Shown: positions 8,352 to 16,439, counted from the stretch's first letter. The stretch: 32,000 nucleotides of DNA from Horticoccus luteus (GCF_019464535.1 NZ_CP080507.1:630001-662000), one strand, 5' to 3'. The notes: a model not told the origin generated them from the letters alone. A program made the numbers and translations.

Positions 8352-9188
8352 ATGCCGCGTGCCGGTAGCCTTGGCGGGCTCAAAAACATACCTAAAAGTC
8401 TTCGCAGCGCGCGTTCGCCGCGGGTGTATTTCGGCGATGTGATCTACGAACCGGGAGGGACGTGCGGGCCGCGGGTGCAGTTGGATTACCAATTGGTGGT
8501 CGTGCTGGAAGGTGAGGCGCGAGTGGACGTCGATGGCCGCGCGCGCCGCGTGGCGGCCGGCGAGGTGGGGTTGTTTCGGCCGGGCGGAAGGGAGTTTTTT
8601 CAACTCTCGCTCGCACAAAAGACGCATCACACGTGGTGCGCGGTGCATCCGGCGGTGGTGGGACGGGATCTGGCGGAGGCGTGTGGGCGGGCGCCGGCGG
8701 TGGTGCGCGTGACGCGCCGCTTCGAGCAGTTGATGGAGTTGGGGCTGGGCTTGCCGCGCGACACGGGCGAACACTCGCCGGGACTCGCGGAGGCATTGGG
8801 GCTGGCCGCGTTGCACGAGTATGTTTTTAGCGCGACCCGGCAGGCGCGGGGCGAGACGGAGGAGCCGGACGCGTTGCGGCGGGTGCTCGAGTGGATCGGC
8901 CAGGCGGGGGAGCACGCCGTCGACCTGCCGACGCTGGCGGCGGAGGCGTGCGTCTCGCGGGCGCAGTTGGTGAAACTGTTTCGCGAGCATCTGGGGACCA
9001 CGCCGATCCGATTTGTGTGGGAAACGCGCACGCGGCGCGGGGCGCAAATGTTGCGCGAGACGGGGTTGACCGTGGGCGAGGTGGCGTATCGCTGCGGGTT
9101 CCAGACGCCGTTTCATTTTTCGCGCTGGGTGAAGGAATTGTTTGGGGTGGCGCCGCGCGCGTTGCGGGCGCAGGCGTGGCGCGGGTGA
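8352..9188 (+). CDS. AraC family transcriptional regulator (cupin-like N-terminus plus AraC HTH)
   Basis: C-terminal AraC HTH: LAAEACVSRAQLVKLFREHLGTTPIRFVWETRTRRGAQMLRETGLTVGEVAYRCGFQTPFHFSRWVKELFG. It is divergent from the PhyH gene with only 25 bp between the annotated starts. An in-frame GTG at 8424 is an alternative start. Confidence 0.85.
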   Translation: MPRAGSLGGLKNIPKSLRSARSPRVYFGDVIYEPGGTCGPRVQLDYQLVVVLEGEARVDVDGRARRVAAGEVGLFRPGGREFFQLSLAQKTHHTWCAVHPAVVGRDLAEACGRAPAVVRVTRRFEQLMELGLGLPRDTGEHSPGLAEALGLAALHEYVFSATRQARGETEEPDALRRVLEWIGQAGEHAVDLPTLAAEACVSRAQLVKLFREHLGTTPIRFVWETRTRRGAQMLRETGLTVGEVAYRCGFQTPFHFSRWVKELFGVAPRALRAQAWRG

Positions 9189-9279
9189 GGCAAACGAGGG
9201 CCGCGCGGAGGAGCGGCGAGTTTGCATTTGCCGAGGTCGGAGGAGCGGACCATATCAGGCGGTTCCACTCGCCGCCACC

Positions 9280-9531
9280 ATGCTCAAAGCCGTCTTTCGC
9301 ACCATCGCGTTTCTCGCGATTCTTTTCATCATGCTCTATGTGGGCATGAACAACACGCACGACATCAAGTTCTTCTTCCCGCTCGCGGGGACGACGGAGA
9401 AAACGCCCATTCACGCGTCCGCGGCGTTGATTTATTTCGGGGTGTTCGCGATCGGCGTGCTGGGCGGCACGGTGCTGACGGTGGGCACCGGCAGCGGCCG
9501 GGGCGGGCGCTCGGCGAGCAAAGCAAAGTAA
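9280..9531 (+). CDS. small two-TM membrane protein, LapA/DUF1049-like
   Basis: The internal ATG at 9280 gives an 83-aa product with two hydrophobic helices (FRTIAFLAILFIMLYVG and ALIYFGVFAIGVLGGTVLTV) around a short loop, then a basic tail. This layout matches LapA-domain proteins. The assignment is by pattern only. Confidence 0.5.
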   Translation: MLKAVFRTIAFLAILFIMLYVGMNNTHDIKFFFPLAGTTEKTPIHASAALIYFGVFAIGVLGGTVLTVGTGSGRGGRSASKAK

Positions 9532-9593
9532 GGCGGCACGCGCGGGCGTCGTCGGAGGGCCGCGAGGCCGGTCGACGGCGCGGTGGGCGTGGT

Positions 9594-10445
9594 TTAGCGC
9601 AAGCAGCGCCGCAGATTGTCGCAGACGATCGCGGCGGCGAGGGCGGCGTTGAGCGATTCGGCGCGGCCGTGGCGGGGGATCGTGAGAAACTCCGTGACGA
9701 GCGCGCGGACGGCGGGGGAGAGCCCGCGGCCTTCACTGCCGATCACGATCACGGCATCGCGAGGCGGCGCCCACGTGTGCACATCCGTGCCGGCGAGATC
9801 GCAGCCGAAGATTGCTGCGGACGTGGTGTCGAGAGCGGCCGCGAGGTCGACGGTGCTGACGCGCACGCGGGCGAACGAGCCCATGCTCGCGTTAATCGTT
9901 TTTTGGTGAAACAGGTCGGCGCAGTCCGCCGAGAGCAGCACGCGGTCGAGGGCAAACCAGTCGGCGAGGCGCAGGAGCGTGCCGACGTTGCCGGGATCCT
10001 GCACGCCGTCGAGTGCCAGGGTGAGGCCGCGATCAAGTTCGCGTGGGGCGAGGTCGAGGCGGCGCAGCGGGCCGACCGCGAGAATGGTGGAGGGCGTGGG
10101 AAAATGGCTGGCGCGCGCCATCTCGTCGGGCGTGATGCGGGTGACGGTGGGGTTGCGGGGTGAGGGCACCCCGCCCACAGGGGGCTGCGTGGGGGTGGAC
10201 GGTTGTGAGGTAAGTTCGGAGGTGGGGCTGCGGGGTGAGGGCACCCCGTCCACATCCGGAGGCGTCAGCGTGAGGGATGGCGGTTCAGGCCAATCGGGGG
10301 TGGCGTAGAGTTCGGTGAAAACGGTGCCGGCGGCGAGTAGTTCGCCGACGACTTTTTCGCCTTCGACGACGAACGAGCCGAGCGCTTCGCGGTGTTTCTT
10401 TTCGCGCAGGGAGCGGAGGCGCTGGACGGCGGCTTTGGTGAGCAC
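9594..10445 (-). CDS. TrmH/SpoU family RNA 2'-O-methyltransferase (RlmB-like) with an in-frame low-complexity insertion
   Basis: SpoU methylase motifs: LDGVQDPGNVGTLLRLADWF, VIVIGSEGRGLS, IPRHGRAESLNAALAAAI. The N-terminal substrate-binding-like part is FVVEGEKVVGELL. A GTG start at 10445 gives a typical N-terminus (LTKAAVQRLRSLREKKHRE). An upstream ATG at 10595 would add 50 low-complexity residues. The rest of the 965-aa track ORF is antisense to the next gene and is rejected. Confidence 0.75.
   Translation of the reverse strand: MLTKAAVQRLRSLREKKHREALGSFVVEGEKVVGELLAAGTVFTELYATPDWPEPPSLTLTPPDVDGVPSPRSPTSELTSQPSTPTQPPVGGVPSPRNPTVTRITPDEMARASHFPTPSTILAVGPLRRLDLAPRELDRGLTLALDGVQDPGNVGTLLRLADWFALDRVLLSADCADLFHQKTINASMGSFARVRVSTVDLAAALDTTSAAIFGCDLAGTDVHTWAPPRDAVIVIGSEGRGLSPAVRALVTEFLTIPRHGRAESLNAALAAAIVCDNLRRCLR
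10151..10254. repeat. pair of REP-like hairpins (CGGGGTGAGGGCACCCCG) embedded in the methyltransferase CDS
   Basis: Two copies: ttgcggggtgagggcaccccgcccaca (core from 10156) and ctgcggggtgagggcaccccgtccaca (core from 10231), 75 nt or 25 codons apart. Each has a perfect 7-bp stem (cggggtg / caccccg) and a 4-nt loop. On the coding strand they translate to GVPSPRSPT and GGVPSPRNPT. Confidence 0.6.
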
Positions 10446-10616
10446 GGCGCAGCATGGAGCGGCGCGAGCGGCGGCGGCAAGCGCGACGACTAGCGGCCGG
10501 CGGGCGCGCGTGGTGGCGGTAAAGCGTGAATGTTCGCGCGCGGGCGAGGCGTTTTGTGCGGCGGTTGCTTGCAGTGGCGGCGCGGGGCGTTTCATCGTGC
10601 GGGCGTTACCCAACCT

Positions 10617-12623
10617 ATGAAAACTTCCCTCCAGTGGGGCATCCTGAGCACCGGGCGGATCGCGGGCATTTTCGCGCGCGGTGTCGCTCATTCGCAATCC
10701 GGGCAACTCGCCGCCGTCGGCAGTCGCTCCCTCCCGGCGGCGAAGAAATTTGCGCAGGAATTCGGGGTGGCGCGGGCGCACGGCAGTTATGAGGCGCTCC
10801 TCGCGGATCCGGGCGTGGAGGCGGTTTATATTGCGACGCCGCATCCGCTGCACGTCGAGTGGATCGTGCGGGCGGCGGAGGCGGGGAAACATGTGTTGTG
10901 CGAAAAGCCACTCGGACTGAATTACGCGGAGGCGATGGTGGCGGAGGCGGCGTGCCGCGCGCATGGCGTGGTGTTGATGGAGGCGTTCATGTATCGATGC
11001 CATCCGCAGACGGCGAAGGTCGTGGAGCTCGTGCGCAGCGGCGCGATCGGGGCGGTGCACGCGGTGCAGGCGACGTTCAGTTTCGATGCGGGCTTCAACG
11101 CGGAGCACCGGCTGTGGAGCAACGCGCTCGGTGGCGGCGGCATGCTGGATGTGGGCTGCTATCCGGTGTCGTTCGCACGGTTGATTGCAGGTGCGGCGGC
11201 GGGGCAGGCGTTTCTCAATCCGGTGCAGGTGAGTGGCGCCGCGCAACTGCACCCGGAGACGGGCGTGGATCTTTACGCGGCGGGGACGATGAAGTTTGCG
11301 ACCGGGTTTATCGCGCAGGTGGCGGCGGGGATCAGTCTCGGGCAGGATTCGTCGGCGCGCATTTACGGGCGCGAGGGGTGGATTCATGTGCCGTCGCCGT
11401 GGATTCCGCCGAGCGAGGGCGAGGTGGGGAAAATCTTTGTGCACAAAGGCGGCGCGGTGGAGGAGATCGCGGTCGCCACGCCGGAGCATCTCTACGGGCT
11501 GGAGGCGGACGCGTTTGCCGCGGCGCTCGCGCGCGGCGCGCAGGATGTGCCGCAGATGAGCGTGGCGGATACGCTGGGCAACCTGGCGGCGCTCGACGCG
11601 TGGCGCGAGGCGGCGGGACTCGTTTACGAGAGCGAGCGGCCGGAGACGTTTCTGCACACGCACACGCGCCGGCCTCTGGCCAAGCGCGCGGACGCGCCGA
11701 TGCGTTACGGACGGATCGAGGGGCTCGCGTTGCCGGTGTCGCGACTGCCGATGGGCTGCGACAACCAGACGACGATGGCGCACGGCGCGGCGGTGTGGGA
11801 CGACTACGTCGAGCGCGGCGGCAACACGTTTGACACGGCGTATGTTTACGGCGGCGGGTTGCAGGAGAAGCTGCTCGGGCAATGGATCCGCAACCGGGGC
11901 GTGCGTTCGCAGGTGGTCGTGATGGCCAAGGGGGCGCACACGCCGTTCTGCACGCCGGAGTGGCTGACGCGTCAGCTCGAGGAATCGATGGCGCGGCTGC
12001 AAACCGACTACGTGGACTTGTATCTCATGCACCGCGACAATCCCGAGGTGCCGGTGGGCGAGTTCGTCGACGTGCTCAACGCGCACGTGCGCGCGGGGAA
12101 AATCAAGGTGTTCGGCGGCTCGAACTGGACGATCGAGCGCATGGCGGCGGCGAACGAGTATGCGCGGCGCAAGGGCGTGCAAGGCTTCGGGGTGTTGAGC
12201 AATAATTTCAGTCTCGCGCGGATGGTGGACCCCGTGTGGGGCGGTTGCATCAGCGCGAGCGATGCGGCGACGCGGCGGTGGCTGACGGAGACGCAGACGC
12301 CGTTGCTGGCGTGGTCGAGTCAGGCGCGCGGATTTTTCACGGAGCGCGCGGGCCGCGACAAGCTCGGCGACGAGCAGCTCTCGCGGTGCTGGTATGCGGA
12401 GGACAACTGGCAGCGGCGCGAGCGGGCTTACGCGTTGGCGAAGGAGAAAGGCGTTTCGCCGATCAACATCGCGGCGGCGTATGTGCTGCACCAGCCGTTC
12501 CCCACGTTTGCGTTGATCGGTCCGCGGGTGATCAGCGAGACGGTGAGTTCAATGCCGTGCCTCAAGGTGAGCCTCACGCCGGAGGAAGTGGCGTGGTTGA
12601 ACCTCGAGCGCGACACGGTGTAA
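10617..12623 (+). CDS. fusion protein: Gfo/Idh/MocA-family NAD(P)-dependent oxidoreductase (N-terminal) plus aldo/keto reductase (C-terminal)
   Basis: ATG at 10617 (MKTSLQWGILSTGRIAGIF, Rossmann start). The Gfo/Idh/MocA EKP motif is in HVLCEKPLGL. From about 11700 there is an AKR domain: GGNTFDTAYVYGGG (Asp/Tyr), VVMAKGAH (Lys), YVDLYLMHRDNP (His), KIKVFGGSNW. It is one uninterrupted frame of 668 codons. Confidence 0.8.
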   Translation: MKTSLQWGILSTGRIAGIFARGVAHSQSGQLAAVGSRSLPAAKKFAQEFGVARAHGSYEALLADPGVEAVYIATPHPLHVEWIVRAAEAGKHVLCEKPLGLNYAEAMVAEAACRAHGVVLMEAFMYRCHPQTAKVVELVRSGAIGAVHAVQATFSFDAGFNAEHRLWSNALGGGGMLDVGCYPVSFARLIAGAAAGQAFLNPVQVSGAAQLHPETGVDLYAAGTMKFATGFIAQVAAGISLGQDSSARIYGREGWIHVPSPWIPPSEGEVGKIFVHKGGAVEEIAVATPEHLYGLEADAFAAALARGAQDVPQMSVADTLGNLAALDAWREAAGLVYESERPETFLHTHTRRPLAKRADAPMRYGRIEGLALPVSRLPMGCDNQTTMAHGAAVWDDYVERGGNTFDTAYVYGGGLQEKLLGQWIRNRGVRSQVVVMAKGAHTPFCTPEWLTRQLEESMARLQTDYVDLYLMHRDNPEVPVGEFVDVLNAHVRAGKIKVFGGSNWTIERMAAANEYARRKGVQGFGVLSNNFSLARMVDPVWGGCISASDAATRRWLTETQTPLLAWSSQARGFFTERAGRDKLGDEQLSRCWYAEDNWQRRERAYALAKEKGVSPINIAAAYVLHQPFPTFALIGPRVISETVSSMPCLKVSLTPEEVAWLNLERDTV

Positions 12624-12646
12624 GCGCGCGAGCAGGGAGGCGCTGA

Positions 12647-12670
12647 CGCGTTCCGCTCCGGCGGAACGCG
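12647..12670 (+). terminator. candidate intrinsic terminator hairpin downstream of the oxidoreductase fusion gene
   Basis: Perfect 10-bp GC-rich stem, cgcgttccgc (12647-12656) / gcggaacgcg (12661-12670), with a 4-nt loop tccg. It lies 24 nt after the stop codon. There is no immediate T-tract; atttgggttt lies about 18 nt downstream. Confidence 0.45.
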
Positions 12671-12729
12671 GGCGAGCGCGGCGGCGATTTGGGTTTGGCG
12701 GCGGCGCGGGCGACGCACAGAATGGAGGC

Positions 12730-13971
12730 ATGACATGCTTTCGTTCGCTGGCGCTGATTCTCATGTGGGCGGCGTTGTCGGCTGGCGCGATGCGTGGCGC
12801 CGAAGTGCGGGCGGTGGCATCGCCGGAGCGGTCAGCACCATCGGAGGTGAGGAGCGCGGCAACCGTCGATCACTCGCCGGCGGCGCCGGTGGCGCAGGCG
12901 TTAACGGCGGTGACGGGGATCGCGATTTCGCCGCTGTTGGGGACGAGCGCGTATGGCGCGTATCAGTGGTTTCGGGCGAAGGACGACGCGGCGCGAGCGA
13001 AGCTCCCGTGGTTCGCGCAATGGTATTTTTTTGCCCCGGCGCTGCTGCTGGTCGGCGCGTGTGCGGCGAAGGACGCGCTCGGAGCGATTGTGCCACCCGG
13101 GTTGAAGAAGCCGTTGGATATGCTGGAAACCGTGGAGAATAAAATCAGCGGGCTGATCGCGGCGGGAGCGGTCGTGCCGATTCTGATGATGACGGCGGCG
13201 CAGGCGGGACAATCGACGCCGGTCGCGGCGGGCGGCGGCGGAGCAAGTGCGCTGGCGATGGTGCATTTCGGCGCGGCCGACGGCCGCTGGCTCCTGGGCG
13301 CGGCGGCGGTGGCGGTGGCGATCGTGACTTTCGGTTTCGTGTGGATGGCGTCGCACGCGATCAACGTGTTGATTTTGCTGAGCCCGTGGGGGGCGGTGGA
13401 CGCGGCGTTGAAGAGTTTGCGCACGGGGCTCATGGGGCTGCTCGCGTTGACGGCGATCATCAACCCGTGGGCGGGCGCGGCGCTCGCGGTCGCGATCATC
13501 GTGGTGGCGTATTTTCTGGCGGGCTGGGCGTTCCGGCTGACGACGTTCGGGTCGGCGTTTTGCTGGGATTTCTTCACGCTGCGGCGCACGCGGTTTCACG
13601 TGGCGGACGAAGCGAACGCGATGTTTGCGGGCGGCAACCTGCCGGAGGTGCCGGCACGGACCTACGGACGGTTGCGGCGAGAGGAGGACGGCTCGCTGGT
13701 CTTTGCGTTCAAGCCGTGGCTCGTGCTGCCGGAGCGGCGGGTGCCGCTGCCGACGAACGCGTTGTATATTGGACGCGGGTTGTTCTTTTCGGCGATCGTG
13801 ACGGAGGAAGGGCGTTCGTATCTACTCCTGCCGCCGCGGTATCGCGGACATGAGAGGGCGGTGCTCGATGTGTATAAATTCGTGTCGGTGCAGGACGCAG
13901 GTCTGCGGCGGGCGTGGAGTGTGCTGGGCGAGCTGTTTGGCGGCGCGGCGGCGAAGACCCAAATCATGTGA
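12730..13971 (+). CDS. polytopic inner-membrane protein of unknown function with a ~130-aa soluble C-terminal domain
   Basis: N-terminal signal-like segment (LALILMWAALSAGA). At least five hydrophobic helices, for example WYFFAPALLLVGACA, LIAAGAVVPILMMTAA and AALAVAIIVVAYFLAGWAF. The hydrophilic C-terminus is RFHVADEANAMF...YKFVSVQDAGL. I recognise no family. Confidence 0.6.
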   Translation: MTCFRSLALILMWAALSAGAMRGAEVRAVASPERSAPSEVRSAATVDHSPAAPVAQALTAVTGIAISPLLGTSAYGAYQWFRAKDDAARAKLPWFAQWYFFAPALLLVGACAAKDALGAIVPPGLKKPLDMLETVENKISGLIAAGAVVPILMMTAAQAGQSTPVAAGGGGASALAMVHFGAADGRWLLGAAAVAVAIVTFGFVWMASHAINVLILLSPWGAVDAALKSLRTGLMGLLALTAIINPWAGAALAVAIIVVAYFLAGWAFRLTTFGSAFCWDFFTLRRTRFHVADEANAMFAGGNLPEVPARTYGRLRREEDGSLVFAFKPWLVLPERRVPLPTNALYIGRGLFFSAIVTEEGRSYLLLPPRYRGHERAVLDVYKFVSVQDAGLRRAWSVLGELFGGAAAKTQIM

Positions 13972-14000
13972 CGTGCCGCGGCAGGAGCGGCGGGCGCGCG

Positions 14001-14717
14001 TCACTGCGGCGCGTGGATCGTACGGGATTTCGACGGGACGACGGCGGGAAAAGGCACGCCGAATAACGCGGGGTGTTCCTGAGCGCTGCGATCGGCGTCG
14101 GGCGCGAGATGGCGAAAGACATCGTCGAAGCGCAGGCTGCACTGGAGGCGACGCTGTGTTTTGCTGTCGATCTTGGGATTGAGCACGAAGACGCACTCAG
14201 TGAAGGGCGGTTCGCGTTTCATCCGGGCGGCGGCGGCGCGCGCCTGCTGGGGTGTGAGGGAGCGGTCTTTGATGACGGCGTCGAGGCGGGCGAGATCGGC
14301 GCGCGTGACGGGCCCCCAGAGCTTGCGCCATGCGGCGGGATCGATGCGCGGCGCGACGATGTTGACGAAGCGCTTGGCGTCGCCCTCCTGTTGCCAATAG
14401 CCGATGACCAGCATGAAGGACTCGGCGATATCGAACTGGCGCAGCGCATCGCCGAGATCGACGGGTGTGTGGAATTTCGTGGCTTTGGGATTAACGGGGA
14501 CGCCGCCGTAGCGTTTGTTGGCCGACGCCGGGATATCCCACTTTTGTGTATAGCTCGGCGGGCGGTAGCCGTCGAAAAAGGTGTCGTCGACCCAGCGCTC
14601 GAACACGAGCCCGTGGTGCTGCACTTCCTGGGCCGGGGTGAAGGTGGCGGACGCGAGGCACGCCAGCGCGAGGGCGAAAAAGAAGAGCCGGAGACGGCGG
14701 GGCGGGGAGCGAACCAT
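14001..14717 (-). CDS. secreted hypothetical protein
   Basis: ATG at 14717 gives MVRSPPRRLRLFFFALALACLASATFTPAQE, a signal peptide. The mature part is about 210 aa and matches no family I can name. It is convergent with 12730-13971, with 29 bp between the stops. Confidence 0.6.
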   Translation of the reverse strand: MVRSPPRRLRLFFFALALACLASATFTPAQEVQHHGLVFERWVDDTFFDGYRPPSYTQKWDIPASANKRYGGVPVNPKATKFHTPVDLGDALRQFDIAESFMLVIGYWQQEGDAKRFVNIVAPRIDPAAWRKLWGPVTRADLARLDAVIKDRSLTPQQARAAAARMKREPPFTECVFVLNPKIDSKTQRRLQCSLRFDDVFRHLAPDADRSAQEHPALFGVPFPAVVPSKSRTIHAPQ

Positions 14718-15115
14718 GGGGGCAGGGCAACTCAAGCAAACGGCGCTTTGGGGGCAAGCATCTGAAGGGACGCCGGCCGATCATATGATTTTTACCAAAT
14801 GGCGCACGTAAGAGCGCTGGGCGAAATGCCTGGAAAAGCAGGTTGCCCAAGTCGGGAAGCGACTTCCGACTTCGAGTCGCACCCATGCAAGGAAGCGTGG
14901 AAGCTCGCTTGGGACAGGCAGGTGGGGAGGCCTCGGGTGCCTCCCTCGCATGGCTGGCAACTCAACAAGGAACAGAAATGCCGTCACCCCGATCCTTTTC
15001 GCTCTCTGCCGAGCGCGTTGTTATAGCGCAAAGTTTGACCCCTGTTTCAATGCCGCTGTCGCAAGTTGTCAAAAGTCAAGACATGAGGTTGGTGGCTTGG
15101 TCTCCAAGCAAACGG

Positions 15116-15163
15116 GTATGATCCGGTGATAGGTAACAAACTATCCGGAGTGATAGGTGACAC
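15116..15163. repeat. IS left terminal inverted repeat with two direct subterminal motif copies
   Basis: Sequence: gtatgATCCGGTGATAGGTAACAaactATCCGGAGTGATAGGTGACAc. The ~20-nt motif ATCCGG(N0-2)TGATAGGTNACA occurs twice. Confidence 0.75.
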
Positions 15164-15203
15164 TTTTTGTTGATAGGTTGGAAGGGTTGGAGGCCAAGTA
15201 TAT

Positions 15204-16439
15204 TTAAGGGGAGGGTTTAAGGGAGGGGGCTTGGCTCCCTCCCTTTTCTGGATGGATCGGGCGGAAGGGAGCGACGTAGGCGGTCGGTTTGAAGCGGCCA
15301 CCTTCGGCATCAAAGCGCAGATGGCCGAGCAGGATATTGGCAAAATGCAGTTCCGTCTGGCCGTCGGGAGCACGGCGCAGGCCCACGCGTTTGCCGGCGA
15401 AGGCTTCGCCGAGGTGGTAGTTCTTTCCTTCGTGGGCGACATGGCCGCTGGTGCTGACCACCTTCACCTCGAACTCCGGGGCATAGACGATGGGTTTGTC
15501 GTGCTCGTTCAAGCGTCGGGTGCTGGGACGGTAAACCTCGGCCGGACGTTGCAGGTTCAGCGCCTCGTGCGGTCGTTCGTGGTTGTAGGTGTGCCGCCAG
15601 CGCTCGAAGCGGCGCTGCTGGGCGGTGAAGGTGGGCGAAGGAGGTTGGGTGGCCTCGGCCTTGAGATCGCGGTGCATGCGCTCGTGCGAGCCGTTGTCCT
15701 GTGGCGAGGCCGGGCGGGTGAACTCGACTTCGATGCCCTGCTCAATCCACCACACGCTCAAGGCGGAGAGCCGGCCCAGCCCGGTCGAGGCGAAGGGCGA
15801 TCCAAGGTCCACCCGGATGATCTCGGGCAGGCCGGTCTGGCGCATGAGCGCCCGGAAGGTGCCCAGGGTCCGGCGGAACTGCTGGTCGGGCTGGCCCCGC
15901 ACCGCCATGACGTAATGGCTGTAGCGGTCGCAGATGGTCAGCGGATCGCAGCGCTGGTTGTTGCCGAGCAGGAACCAGCCTTTGAAGTCCACGGTCCAGA
16001 CCTGATTGGGCTGATTGGGCACCGTCAGCGCCTGGTTGAGGGCGGGATAAACCCCGGGCCGACGGCGGCGCTTCACGCTCTGCCCGTGCCGCCGCAGGAT
16101 CTCGCCGATGGTGCTGCAAGCCGGTGGCCGTTCCACCCCGTGCTTGGTCTCCAGCAAGTCCTGGATCTTTTTCGGCCCCCAGGTCCGGTGCAGGCGACGC
16201 TCCGCCAGGACCAGCTTCTCGATCTGCGCGTCCGTGCGCTGCGGAAAACGGTGCGGGCGGTGGCTGCGCGGGCTCAAAGCCGCCAGGCCGCCTTCGGCGT
16301 AGCGTTCCAAATGCTTATAGGCCGTCTTCCGGCTGATGTTAAACTGCTCGCACAGATCCGTGATCGTGAACCGATCGGTCTGCGCCAAGCTGACGAAACG
16401 AATGATCTCTTCCATTGGGGTGGTGGTTTTCCACGGCAT
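15204..16439 (-). CDS. DDE transposase, integrase (rve) core with N-terminal HTH, IS481-like
   Basis: HTH: FTITDLCEQFNISRKTAYKHLERY. rve catalytic region: QVWTVDFKG (D), IIRVDLGSPF (D), ASPQDNGSHERMHRDLK (E). The length of 411 aa and the single ORF fit IS481-type elements. Confidence 0.9.
   Translation of the reverse strand: MPWKTTTPMEEIIRFVSLAQTDRFTITDLCEQFNISRKTAYKHLERYAEGGLAALSPRSHRPHRFPQRTDAQIEKLVLAERRLHRTWGPKKIQDLLETKHGVERPPACSTIGEILRRHGQSVKRRRRPGVYPALNQALTVPNQPNQVWTVDFKGWFLLGNNQRCDPLTICDRYSHYVMAVRGQPDQQFRRTLGTFRALMRQTGLPEIIRVDLGSPFASTGLGRLSALSVWWIEQGIEVEFTRPASPQDNGSHERMHRDLKAEATQPPSPTFTAQQRRFERWRHTYNHERPHEALNLQRPAEVYRPSTRRLNEHDKPIVYAPEFEVKVVSTSGHVAHEGKNYHLGEAFAGKRVGLRRAPDGQTELHFANILLGHLRFDAEGGRFKPTAYVAPFRPIHPEKGGSQAPSLKPSP

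Noticed and set aside
7106-10254. Regularly spaced (75 bp) repeats, considered as a degenerate CRISPR array
   Set aside because: There are only two copies per locus. The repeats are palindromic REP-like cores of about 18 nt, one pair lies inside a coding frame, and no cas genes are present.
10596-12491. Upstream 630 codons of the 965-aa minus-strand track ORF (9594-12491)
   Set aside because: Only the 3' part (9594-10445 or 10595) has methyltransferase motifs. The rest is Arg/His/Pro-rich low complexity lying exactly antisense to the well-supported Gfo/Idh/MocA-AKR gene. This is a typical high-GC shadow ORF.
13968-14004. Inverted repeat gtgacg...cgtcac spanning the 29-bp gap between convergent stop codons, considered as a bidirectional terminator
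   Set aside because: It has only 6 perfect base pairs around a 25-nt GC-rich loop and no U-tract on either strand. Support is too weak.
14843-15121. 92-aa ORF that terminates inside the IS left end, considered as a gene disrupted by the IS
   Set aside because: Joining the flanks in silico extends the frame by only about 9 codons before a stop. The far flank is occupied by the minus-strand immunity gene. The product has no recognisable features.
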